64,000 bases of DNA from Candidatus Berkelbacteria bacterium (lineage in GTDB: Bacteria > Patescibacteriota > UBA1384 > XYA2-FULL-43-10 > CAINNR01). The DNA lies in contig JBAXAF010000002.1 of assembly GCA_037142675.1 (NCBI GenBank), positions 13,300 to 77,299 on the forward strand. The letters are read 5' to 3'. Under the pieces are notes generated by a model. It was not told the origin of the DNA. It did not search any database and saw nothing but the letters and a program-made list of their open reading frames with translations. Positions within the stretch are counted from its first letter, which is position 1. Each line of letters opens with the position of its first letter. This document shows positions 1-9,968 of this stretch, in pieces. The translations under genes and the position numbers were made by a program.

Positions 1-42
1 GAATGCTGCCCTGATTTTCACTGCATGGCCTCCAAAATAAAA

Positions 43-1557
43 TCAAGTTTGAGCTTCATTTTTTCTAACCTTGATTGTGACACGAAAGACAGTTGGTTTA
101 ATACCTAGCAGCAGCCTGGTTTGCGAGTCAAATGCTGGAATTGAAGAAAATGCGATATTAGTAATTGGCAGCATTATTGGGGTTAAAATCCAGTCAAAAA
201 CAATCCTCCAGCCAGTTTTTTTGTTCCTGCGACGGGGCCAAACTAGCAAAGTTGATATGGTGAGTGTTGTAATCATACCAATATAGGCAACCAAAATGAT
301 ATTGCTGTAAATATGACGAAAATTGTATGCCAGAACAGAGTTGCCAAATTGCGGATTAACAACAAGTGGAATCCAGGAAAAAAGTGCCAGTACCAAAGAC
401 CCAGTGGCCCAACTCCAATGAGACTCAAAAAGTATCAGGCAGTTTGCCAAACGATCAAACCAGAAGATCTTTTTATCTTTGATTGCATGATAAAAAACAA
501 AAGGTATATCAGAGACTCCCCATGACCAACGCTTTTTCTGCAAATATTGTTCCTTAACGGTCAAAAACATCGTCGATCCCAAAATCGCGTCTTGGTAAAT
601 TGGAACAAAAACTGGCACCACCTGGTGATTACCAGCGAAGGCAAAATATGAGCGCCAGAATTGATGGCCATCTTCAACTATTGTATCCTTGGCCCAAAAA
701 TCAGTCAGGATAAGAGCCGCCAGACTTTGAGCATGCGAAGAAAAGTTACGCAGCCTGGAAACTCTGGAAGAAACTATCATTTGCCAAAAAGACGAACTCA
801 TACCAATCAAACGCATTGGCATTGGTACATCCCAGAGATTATTAAAGAACATCGGCAAAGGCTGAAAAGTTTTGTGGATTGGATCCGGAGTGGTTAAATA
901 TTTATATGTTAGGCAGGACAAGTATTTTTTATCCAAAATGTGGTCCGCATCCATATTAGTAACAATGATATTTTCGTACGGCACTTTTAGCTTGTCAATA
1001 ATTGGTAGCGCTGACTTCATGGAATAAGTGATATTTGGCCCTTTGCCCTTAATTTCATTAGGCAGATTGTCGGGATGCTCAGTGACAATAAAATCCAAAA
1101 ACTTCCCAGCATTTTCTTTCTTCAGAATTTCTGCGTATCCACGAACATTATCTTTGTCTCGTTCCTCTGTGGCCAAAATAAAGATAATCCGATTGTTTGG
1201 ATAGTCAGTCTTTTCAACTGATTTAACTGTAGTCCGAAGAATATCTAGCCCCTCTTTGTAAGTCGGGACCAAGACTATATGATAAATTTTTCTCCAGCTA
1301 TCCTTTGGGGCCAATTTTGTCAGTGCTGTCGCCCAATCGATAGCCATTTCTCTAGAGTGGTAAACATAACCCAAAACCAGCCGCCAAGACATAAACAAGA
1401 CTCGTATAAACCAAAAAATAATATAAAAAATCATGAATACAGCTAGAACTTTAGGCAAAAAGATTGCGAATAAAAATAAAACGACCAGGGTCCCCCAAGA
1501 AAAAGCCCCGGGCAGTATTTCAAATAGTCTAATTAGTTTTTTATCTCGTTTATCCAT
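43..1557 (-). CDS. Family 2 glycosyltransferase, processive (cellulose/chitin-synthase-like), multi-pass membrane protein
   Basis: 504-aa ORF; DAD motif (TNMDADH) and QxxRW motif (QKKRWSWG); multiple hydrophobic helices. Confidence 0.6.
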   Translation of the reverse strand: MDKRDKKLIRLFEILPGAFSWGTLVVLFLFAIFLPKVLAVFMIFYIIFWFIRVLFMSWRLVLGYVYHSREMAIDWATALTKLAPKDSWRKIYHIVLVPTYKEGLDILRTTVKSVEKTDYPNNRIIFILATEERDKDNVRGYAEILKKENAGKFLDFIVTEHPDNLPNEIKGKGPNITYSMKSALPIIDKLKVPYENIIVTNMDADHILDKKYLSCLTYKYLTTPDPIHKTFQPLPMFFNNLWDVPMPMRLIGMSSSFWQMIVSSRVSRLRNFSSHAQSLAALILTDFWAKDTIVEDGHQFWRSYFAFAGNHQVVPVFVPIYQDAILGSTMFLTVKEQYLQKKRWSWGVSDIPFVFYHAIKDKKIFWFDRLANCLILFESHWSWATGSLVLALFSWIPLVVNPQFGNSVLAYNFRHIYSNIILVAYIGMITTLTISTLLVWPRRRNKKTGWRIVFDWILTPIMLPITNIAFSSIPAFDSQTRLLLGIKPTVFRVTIKVRKNEAQT

Positions 1558-1921
1558 TTGGGTTTTTAATGTTTAATATTAAAGCCACTAGCGAAAGAAG
1601 ATCAATTGATATTATCAGAAAACAAAACGCTAGTGATAAGAATCGATCTTTTTTATATGAAATAAAGCTCAGTGATGCATTAATAGCAAATATTACCAAA
1701 ACAAAAAAATAAATCGGAATAAACATTGGGGCCATCCAGCTGCCTGAATTGACTACTAAAAACTGACGCAAAAAATAAAAAGCCGCAGCTGTTGAGACCA
1801 GTGACGAACAAAGCAACCAGATATAAGTTTTATCATCTGAAATCGTTGTCATGTTTCGTGATGCGGCAAAAAGCCAATCCTCGAGATAATTATAGCAAGA
1901 AACAAAAAACATTACACCCAA
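1550..1921 (-). CDS. small integral membrane protein, hypothetical
   Basis: 123-aa hydrophobic ORF overlapping the upstream gene end by 8 nt (operon-like). Confidence 0.4.
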   Translation of the reverse strand: MGVMFFVSCYNYLEDWLFAASRNMTTISDDKTYIWLLCSSLVSTAAAFYFLRQFLVVNSGSWMAPMFIPIYFFVLVIFAINASLSFISYKKDRFLSLAFCFLIISIDLLSLVALILNIKNPNG

Positions 1922-2055
1922 TTAAAGTTTCCGCTGCCTTGACAACCAGCGAATAGTCAATTACTTTAACTATTGAACTAATAATAATTTACCCAAAGCT
2001 AATACTTGTCAAATGTCCGGCATCAAACAAGCATTTAGCAGGGCTAAGGAGTGAA

Positions 2056-2553
2056 GTGAAAAAGTTTATTTACGGACTGGCAATTGTGATTCTGATTCTT
2101 ATCGTCGGAATATTAATTTACCGATCGTCCAAAGACAAGACCTCTGCAGACAAACCAAATACTGCCGCCGCTACCAACACTGAGGCGCAGCCAGCTTCAC
2201 TCGTTGTAGGTGACTTAGCAATGAAAGATGCCGTCGCCACAATTTATTACGGTAATGGCTGCCCACATTGTACTACCGTAGAGAAATGGCTGCAGGAGAG
2301 CGAATACTTGCCAGATGGTTCAAAAATCGACCAAGCATCAGTTGATTCATGGATATCCAATGCTAAAGTAAAATTTAACATGAAAGAAGTTTGGTACAAT
2401 TCCACAAATTCAGCCGAACTTACTGCCAACGCAACTAAACTTGGTATTACCAGCGATAAAGTTGGCGTTCCCTTTCTTTACGACCCCATAAACAACAAAA
2501 GCTACGTTGGTGAAACCGATATCAAAACATTCTTTGCCTCCCAGACAAAATAA
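2056..2553 (+). CDS. membrane-anchored thioredoxin-fold protein (CxxC)
   Basis: N-terminal TM helix; CPHC motif in GNGCPHCTTVEKWL context typical of thioredoxin/glutaredoxin-like folds. Confidence 0.5.
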   Translation: MKKFIYGLAIVILILIVGILIYRSSKDKTSADKPNTAAATNTEAQPASLVVGDLAMKDAVATIYYGNGCPHCTTVEKWLQESEYLPDGSKIDQASVDSWISNAKVKFNMKEVWYNSTNSAELTANATKLGITSDKVGVPFLYDPINNKSYVGETDIKTFFASQTK

Positions 2554-2605
2554 TTCTTAAACTCCTTTACTATTCGTTATTTACTATTAGTTATTAGTTA
2601 ATATC

Positions 2606-3043
2606 ATGTGCCAAATTTGTACTGTTGCGATAATTGGTGGTCTTGGCTTTTCACGATGGCTTCACGTGGATGATACCGTGAGTGGAGTTTGGATTGGAGC
2701 ACTACTAGTAACGATAATTTACTATTCAATCTCGTGGCTGGCCAAATACAAGATAAAATTCTGGGGCCGAGATTTTGTCGTTTCACTGGCTTACTACGCA
2801 CTAGTTTTTATACCTTTGTATACCGGGAAAATAATCGGCCATCCACTAAACCAGATTTGGGGTATTGATAAATTTGTTGTTGGCGCATTTTCTGGCAGCA
2901 TCTTCTTTATAGCAGCAACCATTTTATATTCTTGGCTCAAGAAAAAAAATGGTAACCACGCTCACTTTCCAATGGAGAAGGTTGTGATCCCAATTATATC
3001 GCTTATAATAGTAAGTGCAGGATTCTATTTCTTAACTAAATGA
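2606..3043 (+). CDS. hypothetical membrane protein
   Basis: 145 aa, 4 predicted TM segments; ATGA overlap with next ORF. Confidence 0.4.
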   Translation: MCQICTVAIIGGLGFSRWLHVDDTVSGVWIGALLVTIIYYSISWLAKYKIKFWGRDFVVSLAYYALVFIPLYTGKIIGHPLNQIWGIDKFVVGAFSGSIFFIAATILYSWLKKKNGNHAHFPMEKVVIPIISLIIVSAGFYFLTK

Positions 3044-3579
3044 TTATGGCAAAAATAAACTCAAACGACGTAAATGATTTAATCAACAACTTTGACAAGC
3101 TAAAAAAGGATCATAAGCTTGATCTTTCAGCCGACGAAGATTTGTCGATCGCAATTATGAATTTGGTTTCTATTGAAGAACATTTTTTCTTCACCGCCGA
3201 AAAGACCGAGGATAAAAAATATTACGATTTGTTGGCCGGCGTTCGCGAGATTAGAAAAGATTTGCTGAAAAAATTAGTCAAAGAAACCGAAGGCGAAGTT
3301 TGGTGCATTTCCAAGCATTTACTAGCTTCTTCGATGCGAGTAATGGAGGTCGGCACCAAGGAGCTTGGTCGGGGTCATAAAAAAGAAGCCTACGAACTCT
3401 TTGAAAAAGCTTATGAGCTCTATTCCCTGTTCTGGGGCGTAAACCTAAAAGCTATTCCAACGAAAGGAATTAAAAATATTGGGCCGAAAGCATTGGATAA
3501 GTCTGATAAAACAAAAAATGGCGCTCTGTCCAAATTCAAAGATTTAGTGAAAAAAGTTGTTGATTGCTGCATTGAGTAA
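3040..3579 (+). CDS. hypothetical protein
   Basis: 179-aa ORF, translationally coupled to upstream gene; followed by terminator hairpin. Confidence 0.4.
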   Translation: MIMAKINSNDVNDLINNFDKLKKDHKLDLSADEDLSIAIMNLVSIEEHFFFTAEKTEDKKYYDLLAGVREIRKDLLKKLVKETEGEVWCISKHLLASSMRVMEVGTKELGRGHKKEAYELFEKAYELYSLFWGVNLKAIPTKGIKNIGPKALDKSDKTKNGALSKFKDLVKKVVDCCIE

Positions 3580-3698
3580 ACTTTTATCGTAACTCTAAGC
3601 GATCTATCAGTTAATTGTGGTACACTTAAACTAAGTTAACTCTGGCGCATCAGAGATAATCCGATAGAATTGCACAAGTTACAGCGGATTAAAAAAAT

Positions 3699-3720
3699 CA
3701 CCCAATGGGTGTTTTTTTGT
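3699..3720 (+). terminator. rho-independent terminator
   Basis: hairpin CACCCAATGGGTG followed by TTTTTTT. Confidence 0.5.
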
Positions 3721-3772
3721 TTTAGCCATCGACCTTTCAGCTAAAATTCAGTAGTTTTGGTATAATAAGTTT

Positions 3773-4408
3773 ATGAAGTATTTAATTAGGTTCGATCGGT
3801 TTTTCGCCTGGGTTCTATTTATTACAATGATTCTTTTTTTGGTCTCTGGATACGGGATGACTAAGGGAATTATAACCAATTCGCTAGCGATTGATATCCA
3901 CAACAAAATATTACCACCAATTTTAATTGCAGCATTCACTATTCACGCCTGGTATGCCATCCATATGGCTTTTAAACGTTGGCAAATTTGGAATTGGTTT
4001 ACTCGGATTATATTAGCACTATTCTTCGTTGCTTTCGTTGGCTATTTTGGATACTTGCAGTACTTTTACCAACAACGTTATCCTACCAGTGGTTCATCAA
4101 CTTCTGCAGTTTCAACTTCGTCGTCAACATCAATAGCTCAAACTCCATCAACTTCAGGCTCTTCAGGCAGCACATCCAATACCAATCAATCAAAAACATT
4201 CACCCAAATTGAACTGGCGAAATACAACGGAAAAAACGGCCAACCAAGTTATGTTGCCGTTGATGGAAAAGTCTATGATCTATCCTCTGTTTTTAGAAAC
4301 GGAGCCCACTATGGCTGGAGTGCCGGGGAGGATTTATCAGCCGAATTTCACGCTCAACATTTAGATAGCATTTTAAGCAATTACTCCGTTGTTGGCGTTC
4401 TCAAATGA
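3773..4408 (+). CDS. membrane protein with Ser/Thr-rich linker and C-terminal cytochrome b5-like heme/steroid-binding domain
   Basis: N-terminal TM helices; S/T-rich low-complexity linker; C-terminal YNGKNGQPSYVAVDGKVYDLS...HYGWSAGEDLSAEFH resembles cyt-b5-like domain. Confidence 0.45.
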   Translation: MKYLIRFDRFFAWVLFITMILFLVSGYGMTKGIITNSLAIDIHNKILPPILIAAFTIHAWYAIHMAFKRWQIWNWFTRIILALFFVAFVGYFGYLQYFYQQRYPTSGSSTSAVSTSSSTSIAQTPSTSGSSGSTSNTNQSKTFTQIELAKYNGKNGQPSYVAVDGKVYDLSSVFRNGAHYGWSAGEDLSAEFHAQHLDSILSNYSVVGVLK

Positions 4409-4409
4409 T

Positions 4410-4817
4410 TTAGATCTCAGCTGCTTCTTTATTCGGCGCCTCATTATACTCGAAGTGGTATTTTTCCCCATCTGAAAAAATGAAGAAACGAAAACCATCC
4501 TTGGCGCCAACAAAAAAATCCCGACCATTACCACCTTCAAATCCCCCCGCTTTTCCAACATCATCGATGAGAGCCGAGAAACTCATATCGTCCTGACCAA
4601 TTTGTTTAATAATCGCAGGCGCGATTTCAACGCCGCCATTTCTATAACCATGGATATCTTTAAGCCATTTTAGATTTTCCTCGTGGGCATCCAGCAACTT
4701 CTGAATTTCAGATGAGACTAACTCTGAATTTTCTGCCTTGAAGGCATCCCAACCAACTACTTCTATTTGTTCCGCTTCTGGAACCATTTCTGCTGCTCCT
4801 AACTCTGGATCACTCAT
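4410..4817 (-). CDS. hypothetical acidic protein
   Basis: 135-aa ORF with plausible spacing before the tRNA pair. Confidence 0.35.
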   Translation of the reverse strand: MSDPELGAAEMVPEAEQIEVVGWDAFKAENSELVSSEIQKLLDAHEENLKWLKDIHGYRNGGVEIAPAIIKQIGQDDMSFSALIDDVGKAGGFEGGNGRDFFVGAKDGFRFFIFSDGEKYHFEYNEAPNKEAAEI

Positions 4818-4840
4818 TTTTCCTCCTAATTAATTATTAA

Positions 4841-4916
4841 TGGAGCCGATGGGCGGGGTTGAACCGCCGACCTCCACTTTACGAAAGTGTTGCTCTACCA
4901 ACTGAGCTACATCGGC
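4841..4916 (-). tRNA. tRNA-Thr (anticodon CGT)
   Basis: reverse complement GCCGATGTAGCTCAGTTGGTAGAGCA...TTCGTAA...GGTTCAACCCCGCCCATCGGCTCCA folds as cloverleaf; 7-bp acceptor, T-loop TTCAACC, encoded CCA. Confidence 0.85.
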
Positions 4917-4917
4917 C

Positions 4918-4991
4918 TGGAGCGGGTGAGCGGAGTCGAACCGCCCTCTTATCCTTGGGAAGGATACATTCTACCGATGAACCACACCCGC
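4918..4991 (-). tRNA. tRNA-Gly (anticodon CCC)
   Basis: reverse complement GCGGGTGTGGTTCATCGGTAGAATG TATCC TTCCCAA GGATA ...GGTTCGACTCCGCTCACCCGCTCCA; 1-nt spacer to tRNA-Thr. Confidence 0.85.
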
Positions 4992-4994
4992 AAA

Positions 4995-5056
4995 CTATAT
5001 TCTAGACTAGCAAATTTTGATGGTTTACTCAAGAAAGAAACTAGTCTAGAATATAG
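4995..5056. promoter_or_regulatory. large perfect inverted repeat (16-bp arms, ~30-bp spacer) in the divergent region between the tRNA operon and pgi
   Basis: CTATATTCTAGACTAG ... CTAGTCTAGAATATAG. Confidence 0.4.
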
Positions 5057-5068
5057 AAAAGGAGTGGT

Positions 5069-6193
5069 ATGAAATTTCATGATCTAAAAATTTTTGATAA
5101 TGTTCCAGACGATTGGTCGCAGTTTTTTGATTTTCACGAAGATTTGGATTATCTGAAACGAGAAGCGGCGAAAATTGATTTTGAATTTGAAAATGTTGTC
5201 ATCATCGGCAATGGCGGCTCAATTACCAGTTTCAATGCCTATTCAATTTGCACCAGTAAAAATACTTTTATAGTTAACTCAATGGACCCGGCACTTTTGC
5301 GCAAGGTAAAAAGTCAGTGCCAGATTGATAATACCGTCGTTGTGGCGATTTCCAAATCCGGCAACACTTTGGGCGTCATTGAGGCGCTGATTGATTTTAC
5401 CGGTTACAAAATTGTTGTTGTTACTGAAGGAGAAGAAGGTACATTGCGGCAAATCGCTAATAAAATGAATTGGCAAATTGTTGAGCATCCAAATATTTCT
5501 GGTCGATACTCCGGCGCTACCGCTGCCGGATTGTTTCCGGCGCTAATAGCCGGATGCAAAATTGAAGAAATTGCCAATGGGATATCAGCTGGCTACAAAT
5601 ACAAAAAAGAGGCTTGGAGCCTAGCAAAATACTATTTTGACTTGGAGCACAAAGGTTTTGTTGAAGTTTATGTTTCCGCTTACTCCTGGATTTTGTCTGA
5701 CTTTAGAACTTTAATAGTTCAACTAATGCACGAGTCAGTTTGCAAAAATGGCCGCGGCCAAACATTTTATTTTTCCGAAGCGCCAGAGTGTCAACATCAC
5801 ACCAACCAACGATTTTTTGGCGGCCGAAAAAATGTCATTGGCACTTTCATTACCGTAAAAACTTGGCATGACGACAAAAAAATCTCAGTTCCAACTGAAA
5901 TCGCCGATTTGAATTTGAAAGGTCTGGAGTTAAAAAAGCTGGATGATATTTCCTGCCAGCAAGCGCTTTTAGCTGAATATCATGGCACCAAAACCGAAGC
6001 CGATCGACTAAAAATTCCAAACATTACAATTGAACTGCCAGAAATTACAAATGAGACCGCCGGAGAACTTTTATCTTTCTGGCAACTGGTGGCATTTTAT
6101 TCGGCAATTCTCCGCAACGTGAATCCTTTTGATGAACCAGCCGTCACCAATTCCAAAAACATCACAATCGAAGAAATCAAAAGAATTAATTAA
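5069..6193 (+). CDS. pgi: glucose-6-phosphate isomerase (SIS-domain PGI family, short form)
   Basis: SIS-domain motifs (IIGNGGS, ISKSGNT) and PGI signature-like NISGRYSGATAAGL. Confidence 0.6.
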   Translation: MKFHDLKIFDNVPDDWSQFFDFHEDLDYLKREAAKIDFEFENVVIIGNGGSITSFNAYSICTSKNTFIVNSMDPALLRKVKSQCQIDNTVVVAISKSGNTLGVIEALIDFTGYKIVVVTEGEEGTLRQIANKMNWQIVEHPNISGRYSGATAAGLFPALIAGCKIEEIANGISAGYKYKKEAWSLAKYYFDLEHKGFVEVYVSAYSWILSDFRTLIVQLMHESVCKNGRGQTFYFSEAPECQHHTNQRFFGGRKNVIGTFITVKTWHDDKKISVPTEIADLNLKGLELKKLDDISCQQALLAEYHGTKTEADRLKIPNITIELPEITNETAGELLSFWQLVAFYSAILRNVNPFDEPAVTNSKNITIEEIKRIN

Positions 6194-6217
6194 TAATTAT
6201 TTGTAATAGGAGGAGAA

Positions 6218-6418
6218 ATGAGTTCAGCAGTAAGACATTTTGTTTTAGGTTTAGTTCTCGGCGTTTTAAGTATAATTATGCTCTACATTATGTTTAATTC
6301 CGTTGTACGAGACAACAGCATCAATTATACAAGTGCAATTATCGTAATCATCGCCTACGGTGTCGTCGCAACGATTATTGGCGAGGTTCTAGTAAAGTTT
6401 TCTTCAAAGAAAAAATAA
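6218..6418 (+). CDS. small membrane protein, hypothetical
   Basis: 66 aa, two hydrophobic helices. Confidence 0.3.
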   Translation: MSSAVRHFVLGLVLGVLSIIMLYIMFNSVVRDNSINYTSAIIVIIAYGVVATIIGEVLVKFSSKKK

Positions 6419-6424
6419 TTTGTT

Positions 6425-6838
6425 CTATAATTTCAATTTTGAAGCAATTGTTTCGGCTTGGCCGGGAGAGTATTCTTTGTGTGGCCAGGGCTGGAGGCCA
6501 TCATTTTCATAGCGCGGGATAACGTGGAAGTGTACATGTAAAACCGATTGTCCGGCGGCGGCATGAGTATTATTAGTGATGTTTACACCATCGGCACCAA
6601 ATTCTTCGATAATGTGTTTGCCGATTTTCTTTGCCAGCTCTAACATTTTGCTCGATAATTCCGCTGGAGTTTCTAAAATATTGGCAAAGTGTTTTTTTGG
6701 AATGACCAAAGTATGGCCTGGACGCACTGGCATAACATCAAGAAATGCTAAAAGTTCATCACTTTCATAAACTTTATTAGCGGGAATCTCCCCTGCGGCA
6801 ATTTTGCAAAAAATACAGTCATTCATTTTAGCCTCCAA
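6425..6838 (-). CDS. HIT-family nucleotide hydrolase
   Basis: histidine triad HVHFHVIP motif; 137 aa. Confidence 0.8.
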   Translation of the reverse strand: MEAKMNDCIFCKIAAGEIPANKVYESDELLAFLDVMPVRPGHTLVIPKKHFANILETPAELSSKMLELAKKIGKHIIEEFGADGVNITNNTHAAAGQSVLHVHFHVIPRYENDGLQPWPHKEYSPGQAETIASKLKL

Positions 6839-7123
6839 AAAAATAAAAAAATGCTAATGTTATATGGGCAATCACAACAATCATGATCGTAATGGCCAAA
6901 GTTTTCGTGTGACAAGAGACTGGAAATTTTATTACGCCTTTCCCAGAAAGTATTTGGATAATCAAAAAAAGTAAAACGACCAGACCGGAGATTAACAATA
7001 AATACATCTTCGCTCCTTATTGCATATAACAATTAATTTCTGATATCATTATACTATAATCTAACATAAGTAAGCTTTTATTTGCTGCCAAATGGGCGCG
7101 ACTAAAGGCAAAAGGGAGAAAAA

Positions 7124-7408
7124 ATGGCTGAAGTTGAAGAGAAAAAAGAAGCAGCACCTGCAGCTGCTGCGAATCCAGAACCGGTTACTGCACCAGCTGC
7201 CGGTGGCACGAAAAAACTTAACTGGGTTTTAACACTTGTGTTATCAATCCTTTTGGGGCAACTTGGGGTTGACAGGTTCATGATGGGTCAAATTGGACTT
7301 GGGGTTTTGAAACTTATCACCGCTGGTGGTTGTGGAATTTGGTGGATTGTCGATATTATCATGATCGCCATGAAAAAAGACTTTCCAGGTGTTGAGTGGG
7401 TAGAATAA
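7124..7408 (+). CDS. TM2 domain-containing protein
   Basis: Ala/Pro-rich N-terminus then two TM helices with LGVDRFMMGQ...GIWWIVD pattern typical of TM2. Confidence 0.55.
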   Translation: MAEVEEKKEAAPAAAANPEPVTAPAAGGTKKLNWVLTLVLSILLGQLGVDRFMMGQIGLGVLKLITAGGCGIWWIVDIIMIAMKKDFPGVEWVE

Positions 7409-7791
7409 GCAAAAAAAATATTCTCTTTGAATTTTTGAGTTTAGGCTCACCAAGAGCTGTCGTGGTTGATTTCAGTGTGGTTTTATTCACACTGGCAATC
7501 ATCCCGACAGCTTTTTTGGGTCAAACTGGCGGAATTTGCGTTTGGTATCGCTTTGTTTTGCCCTGGATATTTCATGGCCACTGCCCGGAAAATGGGATTT
7601 TTGCTCACTGTTTTTGCCCCGGCTGCGGAATAACCCACTCCATGTCGCGACTTATGCATGGGGATTTTTACGGAGCTTACCTATGTAACCATTTAATTTT
7701 GTTAGTTGCTCCAATAGTTTTAATTTTGTTGCTTTGGAACTCATATTTGTGGATAAAAAAAGGCCGGTCGCGTGGTGGTGCTTCCGGCTAG
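7396..7791 (+). CDS. DUF2752-like membrane protein
   Basis: CPxxGxxxCxxCGxTHS-like Cys/His pattern (HGHCPENG...CPGCGITHS) followed by TM helix. Confidence 0.45.
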   Translation: MGRISKKNILFEFLSLGSPRAVVVDFSVVLFTLAIIPTAFLGQTGGICVWYRFVLPWIFHGHCPENGIFAHCFCPGCGITHSMSRLMHGDFYGAYLCNHLILLVAPIVLILLLWNSYLWIKKGRSRGGASG

Positions 7792-8465
7792 GTCCTGACT
7801 GGACGATTGAGGTGCAAGGCGTCAACCTCGGGTGCAACAATCAACGACAACTGCTGGTTTCCGTTATGGAACTCCTCTGGTTGCCATTTTTCACCAATGG
7901 CTTCCAGACAGTTTTCGTGTACCTGCTGACTTAGGGCTCCAGCCACTAGTTCAGCGTCTAACGACTGGCGACAAATAGGGACTTCACACGAAACCAAATG
8001 CTGAATAACATCCAGTATATTGGGTGGGGCGGCTTGCATCACTTGACCCCACCTGCTATCGCTGATGTCATTAAGCAAGTACCGAGCCAATGGGTGGCTT
8101 TGGTGGTACGATTCGTGCGCAGCAAGATAAACTGCCGCCTCAGGCAACTTATCTGGGCAGTAGACCATTGAGCTCTCTGCCGATTCGGTAACTGCGGACG
8201 CAGCCAGAAAATGCAGCGCCCGATAGAACACCAGCGGATTGTTTCGCCGGTAGTTACAATTCCCACTGCTGTAAGTGTAGAGCCGATGTAACTCAGGTTG
8301 CCAGAAATGAGTCGAAACAACGAACCGCGCTGATTCAAACCTGGCCTCAGCCCAACAATCAGTTTCGATAACTCCCTCAGGCGTCCAAAGTCGGCGAACC
8401 AACGGCTCGCTACTCGACCAGATCACCGGCCAAAAGCGGTTTTCCGGGCGGAAATGGAATTCCAT
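7788..8465 (-). CDS. hypothetical protein encoded in a GC-rich islet
   Basis: 225-aa ORF; local GC visibly above the flanking ~35% background; no recognisable motif. Confidence 0.35.
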   Translation of the reverse strand: MEFHFRPENRFWPVIWSSSEPLVRRLWTPEGVIETDCWAEARFESARFVVSTHFWQPELHRLYTYSSGNCNYRRNNPLVFYRALHFLAASAVTESAESSMVYCPDKLPEAAVYLAAHESYHQSHPLARYLLNDISDSRWGQVMQAAPPNILDVIQHLVSCEVPICRQSLDAELVAGALSQQVHENCLEAIGEKWQPEEFHNGNQQLSLIVAPEVDALHLNRPVRT

Positions 8466-8584
8466 GGAGGATGCACCTCCTTTCGCATAATGGATCCGCA
8501 GACAGCAAAATCATTATGCTTCAAAAAAACCTTTTTTGTCAAATACAAAAAATTCAGACTAATCTGAATAATACTAAGAAATAA

Positions 8585-9355
8585 TTATTTTAGTTCAATC
8601 GAAATTGGACAATGGTCAGAACCAATAACCTTATCCAAAATATCTGCGGATACCAATTTTATGTTTTTTGATGTAAAGCAATAATCAATTCTCCAACCCA
8701 AATTTCGCGCTCGACAATCGGCCAACCATGGCCACCAAGTGTAGTTCCCACCGTCTTGATGATATTTTCTAAATGAGTCGACAAATCCCAGTTCGATAAT
8801 TTTATCGATTTGTTTTCGCTCCTCTGGCGTGAACATAATGTTGTTCTGATTGTTTTTCGGTCGTGCTAAGTCAAGCTCAGAGTGAGCAATATTAAAATCA
8901 CCAATAATAATTACGTTTTTATTTTTTAGCTCTTCCAGCCTGAGAAATAATTTTTTGTATGCGGATAACTTATAATCCAAATTCTCTTTTTGTCTGCCGC
9001 CATGTGGCAGGTATATATTAATTAAAACAAAATTACCAAAATCGAGTTCTAAATATCTCCCCTCGTGGTCAAACCGTTTCTCCCCTAGTCCTAATTTGAT
9101 ATTTTTTGGCACCTTTTTCGAAAATACTGCTACTCCCGAGTAGCCTTTTTTGTCGGCAAAATTTGTTGTTACAAAATATCCTTTGGGAATTTCGATTTCA
9201 TCAAAATCCTCAGAATTTATTTTTATTTCTTGCAAACAAACAATGTCGGCATTGGTTTTTGAAAACCAATCCCAAAAACCTTTTTTAATAACCGCACGAA
9301 TTCCATTCACATTCCAAGAAACAATCTTCATATCTTTATTGTACCACATTGACAT
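8585..9355 (-). CDS. xth: exodeoxyribonuclease III / AP endonuclease
   Basis: MKIVSWNVNGIRA start, ...LQEIK..., C-terminal SDHCPI typical of ExoIII/Ape family. Confidence 0.85.
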   Translation of the reverse strand: MSMWYNKDMKIVSWNVNGIRAVIKKGFWDWFSKTNADIVCLQEIKINSEDFDEIEIPKGYFVTTNFADKKGYSGVAVFSKKVPKNIKLGLGEKRFDHEGRYLELDFGNFVLINIYLPHGGRQKENLDYKLSAYKKLFLRLEELKNKNVIIIGDFNIAHSELDLARPKNNQNNIMFTPEERKQIDKIIELGFVDSFRKYHQDGGNYTWWPWLADCRARNLGWRIDYCFTSKNIKLVSADILDKVIGSDHCPISIELK

Positions 9356-9408
9356 ATATCATTGGTAATGATATAATTTTGGCACTACCGTGAGAAAGGG
9401 GTGGCTAT

Positions 9409-9798
9409 ATGCCGCCATTTGACCAAGACGCTGAAGATCAACGGGGGCTCGAGAGACAAGAGCTGGTTGGCAGCATTGCCGCAGCAATCGTGAGTGAACT
9501 GCTCGAAGCTAGATACGACGACGCGATGATGAACCATGCGACGGCCGAAATCGCTACCGCGATGATTGACCGATCCTTCGACTCACTCGGAGTCTACCCA
9601 TTCAGTATGGTTGTGTCGACGATGACACATTATGCCCTTGGGCTGGCTGCCGAAACCATCAACGCACATTGCGAGGCCAAGGAAGTCCGCGACTGGCTCT
9701 GGATTGAACTGACCGCTAAGTTCGTCAACGACGCCAGGTGCCCAATCGATAAGGCCAAGCATATGTGGGACATCGGGCACCCGGCCAAAGCCAAGTGA
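9409..9798 (+). CDS. hypothetical protein in a GC-rich islet
   Basis: 129-aa ORF, elevated GC; no motif recognised. Confidence 0.3.
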   Translation: MPPFDQDAEDQRGLERQELVGSIAAAIVSELLEARYDDAMMNHATAEIATAMIDRSFDSLGVYPFSMVVSTMTHYALGLAAETINAHCEAKEVRDWLWIELTAKFVNDARCPIDKAKHMWDIGHPAKAK

Positions 9799-9861
9799 TC
9801 AGGCCGAACTAGTATCCGGACCATGCCAGCGCATTCTGTACGCGCTGGCTTTTTTAACAAC

Positions 9862-9893
9862 AAAAAACGAATCCCAAAGGATCCGTTTTTTTC
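9862..9893. terminator. bidirectional rho-independent terminator between convergent genes
   Basis: AAAAAA-ACGAATCCCAAAGGATCCGT-TTTTTTT hairpin with A-run before and T-run after. Confidence 0.5.
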
Positions 9894-9894
9894 T

Positions 9895-9961
9895 TGTCAT
9901 TCCCGCGAAGGCGGGAATCTACTAAACTATTTTTGGATCCCCGACTAGATCGGGGATGACA
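9895..9961. repeat. double-hairpin palindromic element with TGTCAT/ATGACA termini (copy 1; second copy at 36703-36764 in opposite orientation)
   Basis: TGTCATTCCCGCGAAGGCGGGAATCTAC...GGATCCCCGACTAGATCGGGGATGACA; near-identical to reverse complement of 36703-36764. Confidence 0.7.
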
Positions 9962-9968
9962 TTTCATG

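Noticed and set aside
4887-5072. 61-aa ORF on plus strand
   Set aside because: Lies antisense across tRNA-Thr/tRNA-Gly; GC-driven artefact
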